From an uncultured Alphaproteobacteria bacterium (lineage in GTDB: Bacteria > Pseudomonadota > Alphaproteobacteria > Rs-D84): DNA of 64,000 nucleotides. The position numbers and the translations under genes are program-made. Where the stretch lies: positions 3,008-67,007 of the forward strand of contig CALXXD010000001.1 in assembly GCA_944392595.1 (NCBI GenBank), given 5' to 3'. Numbering within the stretch: the stretch's first letter is position 1; each line of letters begins with the position of its first letter. The notes beneath the pieces were generated by a model. It saw only the letters and a list, made by a program, of their open reading frames with translations. It did no database searches and was not told where the DNA came from. Positions 31,245-40,756 of this stretch are shown piece by piece.

Positions 31245-32567
31245 TTATTCCAAATTCAACATTCGATATTTTGCACGCACCACGGATTGAATTTCCAAAA
31301 TAGCGTTCATGTAATCAGATACTGTCGCATTTTTATTCGCAACCACTGCGCCAAATATACGCCCCGCGTCCGTATCAGATGCGTTTTCGTTATACACCGC
31401 CAATTCCGCCATATCCGTCAATTCACGCAATGACACGTCAAAAAAGTTCGCAACATTGGCATTCAAATCCCAAAAATACGACGGGTTGGTGGAATCTTCG
31501 ATTCTGTCGCTGACATATAAACTGGGGGTAATAGATCCCGCAAATCCAACAGTCACAAACATGGCGGTTATCGTGCCTGCCGTCATATCCAGCGATCTGT
31601 TTATATCCAATATCGCGGGACCGGTTGAATTTGAATTAACCGACAGACCAGACAAAGTCATATTCGATACCCATAAATCCCCAGTTGTTACACTGGTAAA
31701 TTTTCCTGTGTCGGCCAAATTAAAATTTTTCATAACCTCGATTGTTCTGGAATCAGACGACAATATGCCCGACACGGTCGCACTTTTAACCGTCAGCGCA
31801 TCGTCCAATGTGGTGCGATTTTGAAATATCACATCGTCCGCAATCGTTGCACCCGCAATCAAAGTGTCCGACAACTGAACCGTTGATGCGTCGAAAAACG
31901 TGGCGTTTGTTATATCATGACCGCCCAAATTAAGTCCTGATAACATCATCGCATCGGACGCGTTGTCCGTTGGAACACGATACAAATATAATGCATTATC
32001 ACGATTAACGGATGTTGTTTCAACTATGCCGTCTGTGACGTTTATTCCCAAATCAATTGTGTCTGCGCGCCATGCGCCAAATGTTCCATACGCGCGATTG
32101 CCCTGGATAAATCCCATATTATCACCACCCAGCGCCACAATTTCACGCGTGCGCATGGGCGTGATTTCATCAGACGAAAAAACTATTATCCCCTGTAACG
32201 TGGCGCGATCTTCGATATCATTTGATTTCAAAATGCGCAATTGGTATTTATCGCCGGCCGCCGCCAAATCAGGCGACAATCCATATTCCGCCAAATCTGA
32301 TATATTCACGCGCGTTATATTGCGACCAACTGTGTTTAATAATTTTTCACGATTATCAAAAATATATCTTTCCAGTGTCTCGTTTATATCCGACATCTCA
32401 TGCGTGATGGCGATATTTTCAGCGCGCTGGACAACACTTTGTTGATACCGAAAAATAAACGGCATAATGATGGCGGCCAAAGCGACACTCATTAATAATT
32501 CGACCAACATAGAACCACGTTGATTGAATTTTTCGTCTGTAAAGATTTTCGTTCCAAATCGTTTCAT
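31245..32567 (-). CDS. Giant prepilin-like protein 3 (PilV/tail-fibre-like motif)
   Basis: Leader MKRFGTKIFTDEKFNQRG|SMLVELLMSVALAAII has Gly at -1 and Glu at +5. The internal motif is LYLYRVPTDNASDAMMLSGLNLGGHDITNA. The start at 32567 gives an ATGA overlap with the upstream stop. Confidence 0.55.
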   Translation of the reverse strand: MKRFGTKIFTDEKFNQRGSMLVELLMSVALAAIIMPFIFRYQQSVVQRAENIAITHEMSDINETLERYIFDNREKLLNTVGRNITRVNISDLAEYGLSPDLAAAGDKYQLRILKSNDIEDRATLQGIIVFSSDEITPMRTREIVALGGDNMGFIQGNRAYGTFGAWRADTIDLGINVTDGIVETTSVNRDNALYLYRVPTDNASDAMMLSGLNLGGHDITNATFFDASTVQLSDTLIAGATIADDVIFQNRTTLDDALTVKSATVSGILSSDSRTIEVMKNFNLADTGKFTSVTTGDLWVSNMTLSGLSVNSNSTGPAILDINRSLDMTAGTITAMFVTVGFAGSITPSLYVSDRIEDSTNPSYFWDLNANVANFFDVSLRELTDMAELAVYNENASDTDAGRIFGAVVANKNATVSDYMNAILEIQSVVRAKYRMLNLE

Positions 32568-33769
32568 TGTTGTGTTTCCACAGGCATCGCATTTTGCCAA
32601 TCAGCCGACATAATAACCCCAAATTCCCCCGCATCAACCGATGGCGGTACATCCGCCCTTTGCAGGTTTAATTCCGAAAATCGCGGTGGCGTGTATGATG
32701 GAAAAGTCCAATTGCCGATACGAATGGGGATTTCTGATGACATTAATAATTCGCCCGATACAGTCAAACCAAAATTTTCATAGAAAATAATTTCTTCGGT
32801 CGAAATATAAGACGTTAAAACAGTGTGCGCGTTTATACCTGTAAAACCGCTGATTGTGCGGGTTGAATCTGTTTTTAATGTTAAATTATTTCCAACATTG
32901 ACAGAATATAATACATCCGCGCGATCCGCAATTATACGACCAGATGTCGAATATCCGCGCCCATTCATTGTATCTGCGTAAATATTTCGAAAGCCCGACA
33001 CATCGCCAGTAACACGCATTTTTTCAAATGCAGCCGCCTCGCCATCCAAATTCGCACCCGATGAAAAATACAATGTTTGCGCAGTCAAATACGGCGTTTC
33101 AATAAATGGTGCAGACATATTTCTGATTTCTGCGGACGTGGCATTAATACCGCCAACATCATATACACGATTATTATTCATATCCAAATCACGCATCATC
33201 GTGTTCAGATTTTCCTCGCCCATTTCTGTGCGATGCAGATATTTTGATTTATCTTCGCCATCTGCGTCACGCGAAATGCGATATATTAAATCACCGGGTT
33301 TGAAATCAGGCGCCGCCACCGCAAACATCCGACCATACGCAATGCCATCGTTACCAACAACTGCGGCATCAACACCAATGTGGCGCGCAATCTGGGCAAC
33401 ACGCAAATCAGTATCATTCAAATCAAACGCCAAATATACATCGGTTATGGTTGCGCCATTTACCGTATATTTATCAATAAATCCAGACGTTGGCATATCG
33501 GATATTTCATCCAATTCTTCGTCTGATAATCTGATTTGCGCCACATCAGGCCAAGCATCTTGATTTAATCGCACAAAATTCATAACAGGCCCGCGCAATT
33601 CAATAATCTTGTTCGCGGTTGCAATATCGCGCAATGTGTTATTGGTATCTGAAATCTGGCTGTATAAAAAAGGTGCAGCCATGGCAACAATCGCCAACGC
33701 CAATAATACTTCCAACATACTGGCGCCGGATTCAGAATGCATAAAAAACTTTGTTTTACATGCAACCAC
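32564..33769 (-). CDS. Giant prepilin-like protein 2 (PilV/tail-fibre-like motif)
   Basis: ...MHSESG|ASMLEVLLALAIVAMAAPF has Glu at +5. The internal motif is KYLHRTEMGEENLNTMMRDLDMNNNRVYDVGGINA. The true start may be M10 (33742). Confidence 0.55.
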   Translation of the reverse strand: MVACKTKFFMHSESGASMLEVLLALAIVAMAAPFLYSQISDTNNTLRDIATANKIIELRGPVMNFVRLNQDAWPDVAQIRLSDEELDEISDMPTSGFIDKYTVNGATITDVYLAFDLNDTDLRVAQIARHIGVDAAVVGNDGIAYGRMFAVAAPDFKPGDLIYRISRDADGEDKSKYLHRTEMGEENLNTMMRDLDMNNNRVYDVGGINATSAEIRNMSAPFIETPYLTAQTLYFSSGANLDGEAAAFEKMRVTGDVSGFRNIYADTMNGRGYSTSGRIIADRADVLYSVNVGNNLTLKTDSTRTISGFTGINAHTVLTSYISTEEIIFYENFGLTVSGELLMSSEIPIRIGNWTFPSYTPPRFSELNLQRADVPPSVDAGEFGVIMSADWQNAMPVETQQ

Positions 33770-35126
33770 TGCGGCCCTCCAACAAACATTGCTTTATATC
33801 AATTCTTTTTTCCAAACGCTGCCAAAATACATATTGGCATATTATGTATTGAGATAAAGATTTTGCGTTATAACGAACGATGTTGTTGAATCCGTTAATT
33901 ATGTCGCGGCAATTTAATACCTTGTCACCATCATCCGACGGTCGATTTATGATTTTGAACCCGTCATTGTTTATCGTTTCCAATAATACGTCCGGCAACA
34001 CAGATGTCCCAGCCGGTCGAATATCAAATATAACCTGGCCTGTTTCGCCATTATTTAACGCATCGGATGTTTGGTCGCGCATTGTGATATTCGACGCGAT
34101 AACAGTCCCCGCATTAATACCACTGCGCGTTGAAACACTGTCGTCATCATCTGGGTCAAGATAAACATCTTGCCCGCGGGACGCATCAATATAAGATTGC
34201 ACATCCAAACGTTCGACACTGAAATTAATATTTTCGCTGATTAGGTCACCACCGACATTCCATTCCAGTGGGCCAGTAAAACTGTTACGGCCGGCGGTCA
34301 TGGCGAAATCATATACAGATACTGTATTCGATGTAAAATTGCCCGTATCACCAAACATAGATACTGTGCGCGCAGAAATATCACCAACATACAACGACCC
34401 ACGCGTGACAGACAAAGCCGCTTCGCCCAGATTACTTTGAAACACGGCCAAATCCGCCCCCATCGCATCAATTGTACTGCGTACGCGACGCCCGTCTTCA
34501 ACCCCATACAAAGACAAAGTTTTAAACTGTGCAGTGTCAAAATCTGCATTGTTTGCGAATATATCACCGCCATTTCTGAATGAAAAATCACCCATATCCA
34601 AATCAGTTAAAAACGCGTTGCCGTCCAAATCATACTCGTTTCTGCGCACAACGTCTGAATATTCAGAATCCAGCGCAAGCCCAACCAAAATCTCATCACC
34701 CGACACTGTCGCATAAAATCCAATCCGACGCGCCAGTTCGGCCAACTGGACCATTGATAAATCACCACCTGATAATCTTAAATGCGCGCTGACCGCGACG
34801 GGTGTTTTATTGACGACCAACGATATATCTTGCCCCAATGCAGTACGCGGAACAAAACCCAATGGCAAACCATACGATTCCAGCACATCAGAAAACGCAT
34901 CCCCAGACACAACCGTTGTATTATAAGGCAAACTGTTCGCGTTCGTGCGAATAAAAATACGCGCGGCGGTTTGCGCTGTTTCTATTTTTTGTGTTGTGGC
35001 ATACATTTGGGAATCCATATCGCGCGCAGCCAACCGCCCCGCAAAAAACGGGATAAATGAAAATATCAGCGTCAAAGCCAATAACGCCTGTAATAAAAAA
35101 TTTCCATATTGATGTTGGTGTGGCAA
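33756..35126 (-). CDS. Giant prepilin-like protein 1
   Basis: AGGAGGGGG RBS, 9 nt, then a TTG start give the short leader MPHQHQYG|NFLLQALLALTLIF, with Gln at +5. The internal motif is FLTDLDMGDFSFRNGGDIFANNA. The ATG at 35183 in the ORF track has no RBS. Confidence 0.5.
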   Translation of the reverse strand: MPHQHQYGNFLLQALLALTLIFSFIPFFAGRLAARDMDSQMYATTQKIETAQTAARIFIRTNANSLPYNTTVVSGDAFSDVLESYGLPLGFVPRTALGQDISLVVNKTPVAVSAHLRLSGGDLSMVQLAELARRIGFYATVSGDEILVGLALDSEYSDVVRRNEYDLDGNAFLTDLDMGDFSFRNGGDIFANNADFDTAQFKTLSLYGVEDGRRVRSTIDAMGADLAVFQSNLGEAALSVTRGSLYVGDISARTVSMFGDTGNFTSNTVSVYDFAMTAGRNSFTGPLEWNVGGDLISENINFSVERLDVQSYIDASRGQDVYLDPDDDDSVSTRSGINAGTVIASNITMRDQTSDALNNGETGQVIFDIRPAGTSVLPDVLLETINNDGFKIINRPSDDGDKVLNCRDIINGFNNIVRYNAKSLSQYIICQYVFWQRLEKRIDIKQCLLEGRSGCM

Positions 35127-35284
35127 TTCAGGATTCCCCCTCCTACACCACGAAATGATAGCAATTGAAAAAAGATATTGCAATCGATTTTAAGATACGT
35201 TAATATCCGTTACGTGTAAGCGCAACAGTTAAAATTGTTGCAGAATATTTCCTGTATAAAAATAACAAAATAAAAAAAACGAAT

Positions 35285-35602
35285 ATGCAAAACAAAAAAA
35301 ATCAATCGTCTGTTGGGCTGATGATTCAGCGTTGCCACAAGTGGCGTCAAAAAAGAAAACAATATATGGATCAGGCACGGCAAACATCCGATGAAATCGA
35401 ACGCGAACGCTTGATGCAGGCGGCCGAACATTACGGACGTATCGTTAATGCAGAACAGGGTAAAATTGATTCAACACGTACCCCTGGTGAAAAAGCAATT
35501 GTTGCCGATGAAGCAAACGACGCGACTGACACAACCGATGTCAATGATACCGCGGACGAAGACGAAGTCGCATTGCCCGATTTTATTACGGCCGATAAAT
35601 AA
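35285..35602 (+). CDS. DUF4167-like small protein
   Basis: A basic N-terminus is followed by ...LMQAAEHYGRIVNAEQ, which resembles the QHAEHYxRI signature of alphaproteobacterial DUF4167 proteins. The tail is acidic. Confidence 0.4.
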   Translation: MQNKKNQSSVGLMIQRCHKWRQKRKQYMDQARQTSDEIERERLMQAAEHYGRIVNAEQGKIDSTRTPGEKAIVADEANDATDTTDVNDTADEDEVALPDFITADK

Positions 35603-35682
35603 TTTTTATGTGCGGACACGCACTTTAATCCTTGAATTTTTACTGTGTTTTGCTATGCTTGCCCCAAAAGGAAGTTTGACAC

Positions 35683-37215
35683 ATGGACAGCAATTACACA
35701 GTTTTGGCGCGGAAATATCGCAGTCAGGATTTCAAATCTTTAATCGGCCAAGATGTTTTGGTTAAAACTTTGACCACTGCAATCAACACAGGCCGCATTG
35801 CGCACGCATATATTTTTACTGGAATTCGCGGGACTGGGAAAACCAGTACTGCGCGTATTTTGGCCAAGGCTTTGAATTGTTTATCATCCGATGGGCCAAC
35901 CGCAAATCCATGCGGTGTGTGCGAAAATTGTCGCGCAATTGCCGCGGGACAACATATCGACGTTATGGAAATCGACGCCGCTTCACACACGGGTGTTGAT
36001 AATATGCGCGATATATTGGACGCCGCGCAATATCGCCCAACAAATGGCCGGTACAAGGTTTATATCATCGACGAAGTTCATATGTTATCCACCAGCGCAT
36101 TTAATGCGTTGCTGAAAACGTTGGAAGAACCACCAGAACACGTTATATTCATTTTGGCAACAACTGAAATTCGTAAAGTGCCCGTCACAATATTGTCACG
36201 TTGCCAACGCTTTGATTTGGTGCGCGTGCCGGTCGAAACATTAAAAAAACATTTTGCATGGATTGCATCCCAGGAAAACATCGAATTATCCGATGGCGCG
36301 AACGAGTTGCTGGCCCGTGCGGCCGACGGTTCTGTGCGCGATGGGTTATCTTTGTTGGACCAAGCAATCGCGCAAACGGGCGGACATGTTGATGAAAAAT
36401 CCGTTTTGGAAATGTTAAAGCGTGCCGACCGCGGTGTTGTTGTTGGATTTATGGAAACTTTGCTGTCTGGTGATGTATCGACCGCGTTGGCAAAATCGGA
36501 CGAGATTTATAATAATGGTGCTGATTTATCAATGTTACTGACCGATATGATGGAATGGACGCATTGGGCAACACGTATGCATCCTGCGATTCGTGCGGGC
36601 AATATTGATACTGTGCCATACACCGCGGACCAGCGCGAACAAATTCAAAAAATAAATTCGCGCGTGTCGTTAAATACCCTGTCCCGTATATGGCAGGTTA
36701 TGGTCGCCGCAGTACCTGAAATGCAGGCGTCCGCCAATCAAAAGCAATGTTTTGATATGTTAATTGTGCGACTGATGCATATTGCAGAAATGCCGTCTGT
36801 GCCGGAAATATTGGAAAAACAAAAATCAACCACACCCCAAACCGCGCCCCAAAAAACGCCCGAGCCCACCGTTGCGCAAAAATTATCAATCACAAGCGCA
36901 AATGATTTGGCAAATGCGTTGCAATCGTCCAAGGAAATTTTACTTTACTCTTATTACACAAGTAACCTGGAGGTTACAGAAATATCCGACGGCGTGATAA
37001 AATATTTTGACCGGCGTGGGGATGCAGACTTTGCGCATAAATTGGCAACGTGGCTGGAAAATAAAACGGGGCACGCATGGCAATTACAGCGCGAAACAGA
37101 ATCGCCGCACAAGCAAACCGTTACGGAACAAAAGAAAGAAGAACTGGAATCAGACCCGTTGGTCGCAAGTGCAATGGATTTGTTTGCCGATGCGGAAATC
37201 GTTGGCGTTAAATAA
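35683..37215 (+). CDS. dnaX: DNA polymerase III subunit gamma/tau
   Basis: YRSQDFKSLIGQD..., Walker A GIRGTGKTSTARILAK, zinc module CGVCENCRAI, IIDEVHMLS and SRCQRFDL. Confidence 0.95.
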   Translation: MDSNYTVLARKYRSQDFKSLIGQDVLVKTLTTAINTGRIAHAYIFTGIRGTGKTSTARILAKALNCLSSDGPTANPCGVCENCRAIAAGQHIDVMEIDAASHTGVDNMRDILDAAQYRPTNGRYKVYIIDEVHMLSTSAFNALLKTLEEPPEHVIFILATTEIRKVPVTILSRCQRFDLVRVPVETLKKHFAWIASQENIELSDGANELLARAADGSVRDGLSLLDQAIAQTGGHVDEKSVLEMLKRADRGVVVGFMETLLSGDVSTALAKSDEIYNNGADLSMLLTDMMEWTHWATRMHPAIRAGNIDTVPYTADQREQIQKINSRVSLNTLSRIWQVMVAAVPEMQASANQKQCFDMLIVRLMHIAEMPSVPEILEKQKSTTPQTAPQKTPEPTVAQKLSITSANDLANALQSSKEILLYSYYTSNLEVTEISDGVIKYFDRRGDADFAHKLATWLENKTGHAWQLQRETESPHKQTVTEQKKEELESDPLVASAMDLFADAEIVGVK

Positions 37216-37230
37216 ACAGGGGGATATAAA

Positions 37231-37692
37231 ATGATTACTGAACGCGGTGCATCCATGATTGAAATTATCGGCGTGTTGGCAATTGCTGGATTGATGAGTG
37301 CGGCCGCCATTGGCATGTACAATACGATTCGCAATAACCAGGCGCGCAAAATCGCATCCACGCAAATGGACGAAATTGTGCGTAATACAAAAATGCTGAT
37401 GGATATGCAGGGCGATTACAGTGGCGTGTCGGTTGGTTATTTAATATCTGCGGGCGCGTTGGATAATGCAAATCCACCAATTGGTGGTGACGCGTGGTCT
37501 GTTACGCCGAACTTTGACGGGACGGGGTTTGCCATTAATTTGACTGAATTAAGCAGCGGCGAATGCGAATATTTTGCGACCACACGTCCCGATTGGGCAA
37601 CACGTGTTGTGATTAATGGTTCTGATTATACGGGCAAAAATCCAAATTGTTTTTCGTCTGATATTAACCAGATTTCTTTCTTTGTGGAATAA
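37231..37692 (+). CDS. Type IV pilin (prepilin-type N-terminus, C-terminal disulfide loop)
   Basis: MITERG|ASMIEIIGVLAIAGLMSAAAIGMY has Gly at -1 and Glu at +5. Two Cys residues near the C-terminus (SGECEY...NPNCFSS) are typical of the pilin D-region. The GGGGGA RBS lies 16 nt after the dnaX stop. Confidence 0.7.
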   Translation: MITERGASMIEIIGVLAIAGLMSAAAIGMYNTIRNNQARKIASTQMDEIVRNTKMLMDMQGDYSGVSVGYLISAGALDNANPPIGGDAWSVTPNFDGTGFAINLTELSSGECEYFATTRPDWATRVVINGSDYTGKNPNCFSSDINQISFFVE

Positions 37693-37701
37693 TGGGGTCA
37701 A

Positions 37702-38376
37702 ATGAAAATCAGTAAGTATATTTTTTTACCATTACTGATTTGTTGCGCGGGATGTATGCAATATCACAGTCCTGCGCGTAATACTTGGTCACAATATCTG
37801 CGCGGGGCAAGTTTTACAGATATGACCGAAACCGCACGCATCGCAAAACGCCCCGTATTTTTGGGTGCAGGCGGAAAATTAATCTGTCAAATTGACACGC
37901 CCGCCACATTGGATTATGGCGACAAAGTGCAAAATGACAATGCGGTCAGCGTTAATTATATGGCAAATCTGGAATATGAATTGTATGACGCTTTGCGCAA
38001 ACCTGGGATTTCTGTACAGCGGGCGGGGACTGATGTTGTTGTGATTTTGGTGCGCGATGCAATTATGGAATTAAATGTTGGCGACATTTCCGCGGACGGC
38101 GCAGATACATTAAAAACTATTTCCAAAATATTAAAAAAATACGATGCCACTTTCCTGGAAATTGCGGGATATACAGATGCAATGGCAACATCGGCGGCGG
38201 ACGCGCTGTCGTTTGATATGGCGCAACGTGTGGCTGTATATTTGTCACAAAGCGGGATAAATACCGCCCGTATGTTCATTGTCGGTCGCGGTGCGTCGCG
38301 CCCAATCGCCGCCCAGGACGATATTGGACGTCTGACCAACCGACGCGTGGAAATTCGGTTGGTGCCGGCACGATAA
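37702..38376 (+). CDS. OmpA/MotB-domain lipoprotein
   Basis: The lipobox is LLICCAGC. The C-terminal OmpA-like motif is GYTD...A..LS...A..V..YL...G......GRGASRPIA......GRLTNRRVEI. Confidence 0.8.
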   Translation: MKISKYIFLPLLICCAGCMQYHSPARNTWSQYLRGASFTDMTETARIAKRPVFLGAGGKLICQIDTPATLDYGDKVQNDNAVSVNYMANLEYELYDALRKPGISVQRAGTDVVVILVRDAIMELNVGDISADGADTLKTISKILKKYDATFLEIAGYTDAMATSAADALSFDMAQRVAVYLSQSGINTARMFIVGRGASRPIAAQDDIGRLTNRRVEIRLVPAR

Positions 38377-38458
38377 AAGATAGAATAACTTTCTGTTTTA
38401 CTTTCATGATTTTGCTGTTATACTGCAACCATAACAATACAAACAAAGGATGGAAATT

Positions 38459-39124
38459 ATGGCAAATAAAACTGTGGCCAATCCGGCTGTCAAAAAATAT
38501 ATGAAAACGGGCATCATTGCTGCAATCGTGATTGTTGTTGCTGCTTTGGGTATCTGGGGCATCAGCGCAATGCGCGGCGAAAAAACTGTATCCACCGAAG
38601 AAGCATTACAGGTTGTTACAACCGATGCTGCGAACGCGGCTGATTTGCGTATCGCTGTTATCCGTATGGATGCAATTCAAACAGATGCCGCCGTTCTGAA
38701 AGATTTGGCCAACCAGCGCGTAAAATACGAAGACGAACTGCGCGACGAATTGGAATCCAGACAGAAAGAATTAGAGGCTGAAAAGAAAGAAATCGAAGAA
38801 TCCCAAGACGTTTTGTCGCGTGATGCGCTGCAACGTCGTATCGTTGATTATCAAAATCGTGTGACTGAACTGCAACGCGATTTGACAGAACGCGCACAAA
38901 GCGTAGAAGTTTCTTTCCAAAAGGCACTGAACGAAGTCCAAGAAAAGCACTTGAACCCGATTATCGAAGGCATCATTGCGAAAAAAGATTTGTCATTGGT
39001 AATCGATGGCCGTTTTACACGCATTGGTAAAAATGCCGCGAATTTGGACATTACAAATGAAGTGATTTCTGCGTTGGATAAAAAAGTGTCCAAAGTAAAA
39101 ATGGAAACACCCCAGGGTTTTTAA
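38459..39124 (+). CDS. skp: OmpH/Skp-family periplasmic chaperone
   Basis: It occupies the conserved position immediately upstream of lpxD-fabZ. An N-terminal hydrophobic segment is followed by a long charged coiled-coil (KYEDELRDELESRQKELEAEKKEIEE). The AAGGA RBS favours the ATG at 38459. Confidence 0.6.
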   Translation: MANKTVANPAVKKYMKTGIIAAIVIVVAALGIWGISAMRGEKTVSTEEALQVVTTDAANAADLRIAVIRMDAIQTDAAVLKDLANQRVKYEDELRDELESRQKELEAEKKEIEESQDVLSRDALQRRIVDYQNRVTELQRDLTERAQSVEVSFQKALNEVQEKHLNPIIEGIIAKKDLSLVIDGRFTRIGKNAANLDITNEVISALDKKVSKVKMETPQGF

Positions 39125-39142
39125 TATAAAACCCAAAATCAG

Positions 39143-39167
39143 CACCGCCCGACTGGGCGGTGTTTTT
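39143..39167 (+). terminator. Intrinsic terminator after skp
   Basis: caccgccc-gact-gggcggtgttttt. Confidence 0.7.
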
Positions 39168-39205
39168 ATGCTTTTATTTTCAAAAAAAACGGATATAATC
39201 GCGGT

Positions 39206-40261
39206 ATGTTAAACAAAATTAAGTCTTGGTTTTTGCCGGCGGCCACACAAACAACAGCCGGCGCGTTGGCCGAAAAATTCGGCTTGGAATTACGTGGAAA
39301 TGCGGATACACCCGTGCGCGGCGTTGCACCAATTGCGGATGCACGCCCCGGCCAGTTGGCGTTTTATTCGACCGAACAAAACAGTGCTGCGTTCAAGATT
39401 TTGCCAATATCGGTGTTGGAAAATACGCGCGCGTCTGTTATTTTGGTTCAACCTGAACAGGCATCGCATGCACCACGCGGCGCAACATTGTTAATAACGG
39501 ACACACCACGTGGTAATATTGTGAAAATACTGGGTGAAATTTATCGCGAGCCACCACGCTTTGGCATCAGTCGCCGTGCAACAATCGAACGCGGTGTGTT
39601 TTTCCGTCGGCGTGCAAGCGTCTATGTCGGACAATACGCAACCATTGAACGCGGCGCGGTTATCGAAGAAAACGTCAAAATATACCCTGGTGCGTACATC
39701 GGGCGCAATGTCACAATCGGCGCAAATACGATTATTCAAACCGGCGCGCATATTGAAAATGCCACCATCGGCGCAGATTGCGTTATAAACCCAGGCGCAG
39801 TTATCGGTAAAGACGGATTTGGTTACACCCGGCAAGATGGCCATAACGTATTTATCCCACATGTCGGGCGCGTTGTGATTGGTAATCGTGTGTCAATTGG
39901 TGCAAATACGTGCATTGACCGTGGCGCTATGACCGACACGCGCATTGGCGACGGGACCAAGATAGACAACCTGTGTCAAATTGCACACGGTGTTGTTGTG
40001 GGGGCTGAATGTTTCTTGGCGTCTGGTGTTGGATTGGCGGGCGGCGTTGTTGTTGGCGACCGCGCACTGTTGGCCGGCCAGGTCGGAATTGCGAACGGCG
40101 TGCATATCGGCAACGATGCCGAGGTTGGCGCCCACAGCGGTGTTTTCAGAAATGTTCCCGACGGCGCACGTCACATGGGGTATCCTGCGGGTCCGGGAAT
40201 CGAATTTATGCGCCACTATGCATGGTTGCGCAAAAATGCAAATAATAAAACAGGAGAGTAA
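39206..40261 (+). CDS. lpxD: UDP-3-O-acylglucosamine N-acyltransferase
   Basis: Left-handed beta-helix hexapeptide repeats (IGANT.I..GA.I...TIGADCVI...) and the conserved lpxD-fabZ order. A TATAAT box lies 6 nt upstream of the ATG. Confidence 0.9.
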   Translation: MLNKIKSWFLPAATQTTAGALAEKFGLELRGNADTPVRGVAPIADARPGQLAFYSTEQNSAAFKILPISVLENTRASVILVQPEQASHAPRGATLLITDTPRGNIVKILGEIYREPPRFGISRRATIERGVFFRRRASVYVGQYATIERGAVIEENVKIYPGAYIGRNVTIGANTIIQTGAHIENATIGADCVINPGAVIGKDGFGYTRQDGHNVFIPHVGRVVIGNRVSIGANTCIDRGAMTDTRIGDGTKIDNLCQIAHGVVVGAECFLASGVGLAGGVVVGDRALLAGQVGIANGVHIGNDAEVGAHSGVFRNVPDGARHMGYPAGPGIEFMRHYAWLRKNANNKTGE

Positions 40262-40264
40262 AAA

Positions 40265-40717
40265 ATGGTTGATGCAAAAGGTATTGAAAAAGTCATTCCA
40301 CATCGTGGCGCAATGCGATTGGTTGATGAAATTCGCGAATACAACGAAACCAGTGGTGTTGGAATTAAATACGTTCGCGACGATGAGTTTTGGTGTGCGG
40401 GACATTTCCCGGGCAATCCGATTATGCCGGGCGTTTTGACTATCGAAGCACTGGCCCAAACGGCGTGCTTTATCGCGTTGGCGCGCATGGGTGTTAATGA
40501 CGGCAAAACGTTGGGATATTTTACAACGATGGAAAAAATCAAGTTTTCCCACTTTGTAAAACCAGGCGACGTTTTGGAATTACATGTTGAATTAATAATG
40601 TCCAAAATGCGCCTGTATAAATTCCACGGCATTGCGATGGTAAGTGGTAAAAAAGTATCCGAGGCCACATTTACCGCAATCATGGATTCACACAACCCGT
40701 TGGAAAAAAACATATAA
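40265..40717 (+). CDS. fabZ: 3-hydroxyacyl-ACP dehydratase FabZ
   Basis: IPHRGAMRLVDEI... and FWCAGHFPGNPIMPGVLTIEALAQT form the canonical FabZ active-site block. Confidence 0.95.
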   Translation: MVDAKGIEKVIPHRGAMRLVDEIREYNETSGVGIKYVRDDEFWCAGHFPGNPIMPGVLTIEALAQTACFIALARMGVNDGKTLGYFTTMEKIKFSHFVKPGDVLELHVELIMSKMRLYKFHGIAMVSGKKVSEATFTAIMDSHNPLEKNI

Positions 40718-40746
40718 AAAAATCCCGCAGATGCGGGATTTTTTTG
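40716..40746. terminator. Bidirectional terminator (fabZ / TPR gene)
   Basis: aaaaaaatcccgc-agat-gcgggattttttt. Confidence 0.75.
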
Positions 40747-40756
40747 TTTTATTTTT

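Noticed and set aside
35603-35682. SRP RNA (ffs), which often sits upstream of dnaX.
   Set aside because: No GGUGCUGUUU...GGAAGCAGCC-like domain IV motif is present. The gap is only 80 nt and contains the dnaX RBS.
36243-36249. A_AAA_AAA heptamer in frame in dnaX as a possible programmed -1 frameshift site producing gamma, as in E. coli.
   Set aside because: It lies at about codon 187 inside the ATPase module rather than after domain III. The -1 frame stays open for more than 50 codons instead of terminating quickly. It is probably just a Lys-Lys codon pair.
39893-40713. Long antisense ORFs opposite lpxD and fabZ (219 and 165 aa). Similar cases are 45890..46717 opposite truB and 9544..11981 opposite ppdK.
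   Set aside because: The opposite strand encodes proteins with unmistakable family motifs. The antisense ORFs have no RBS and a biased, repeat-like composition.
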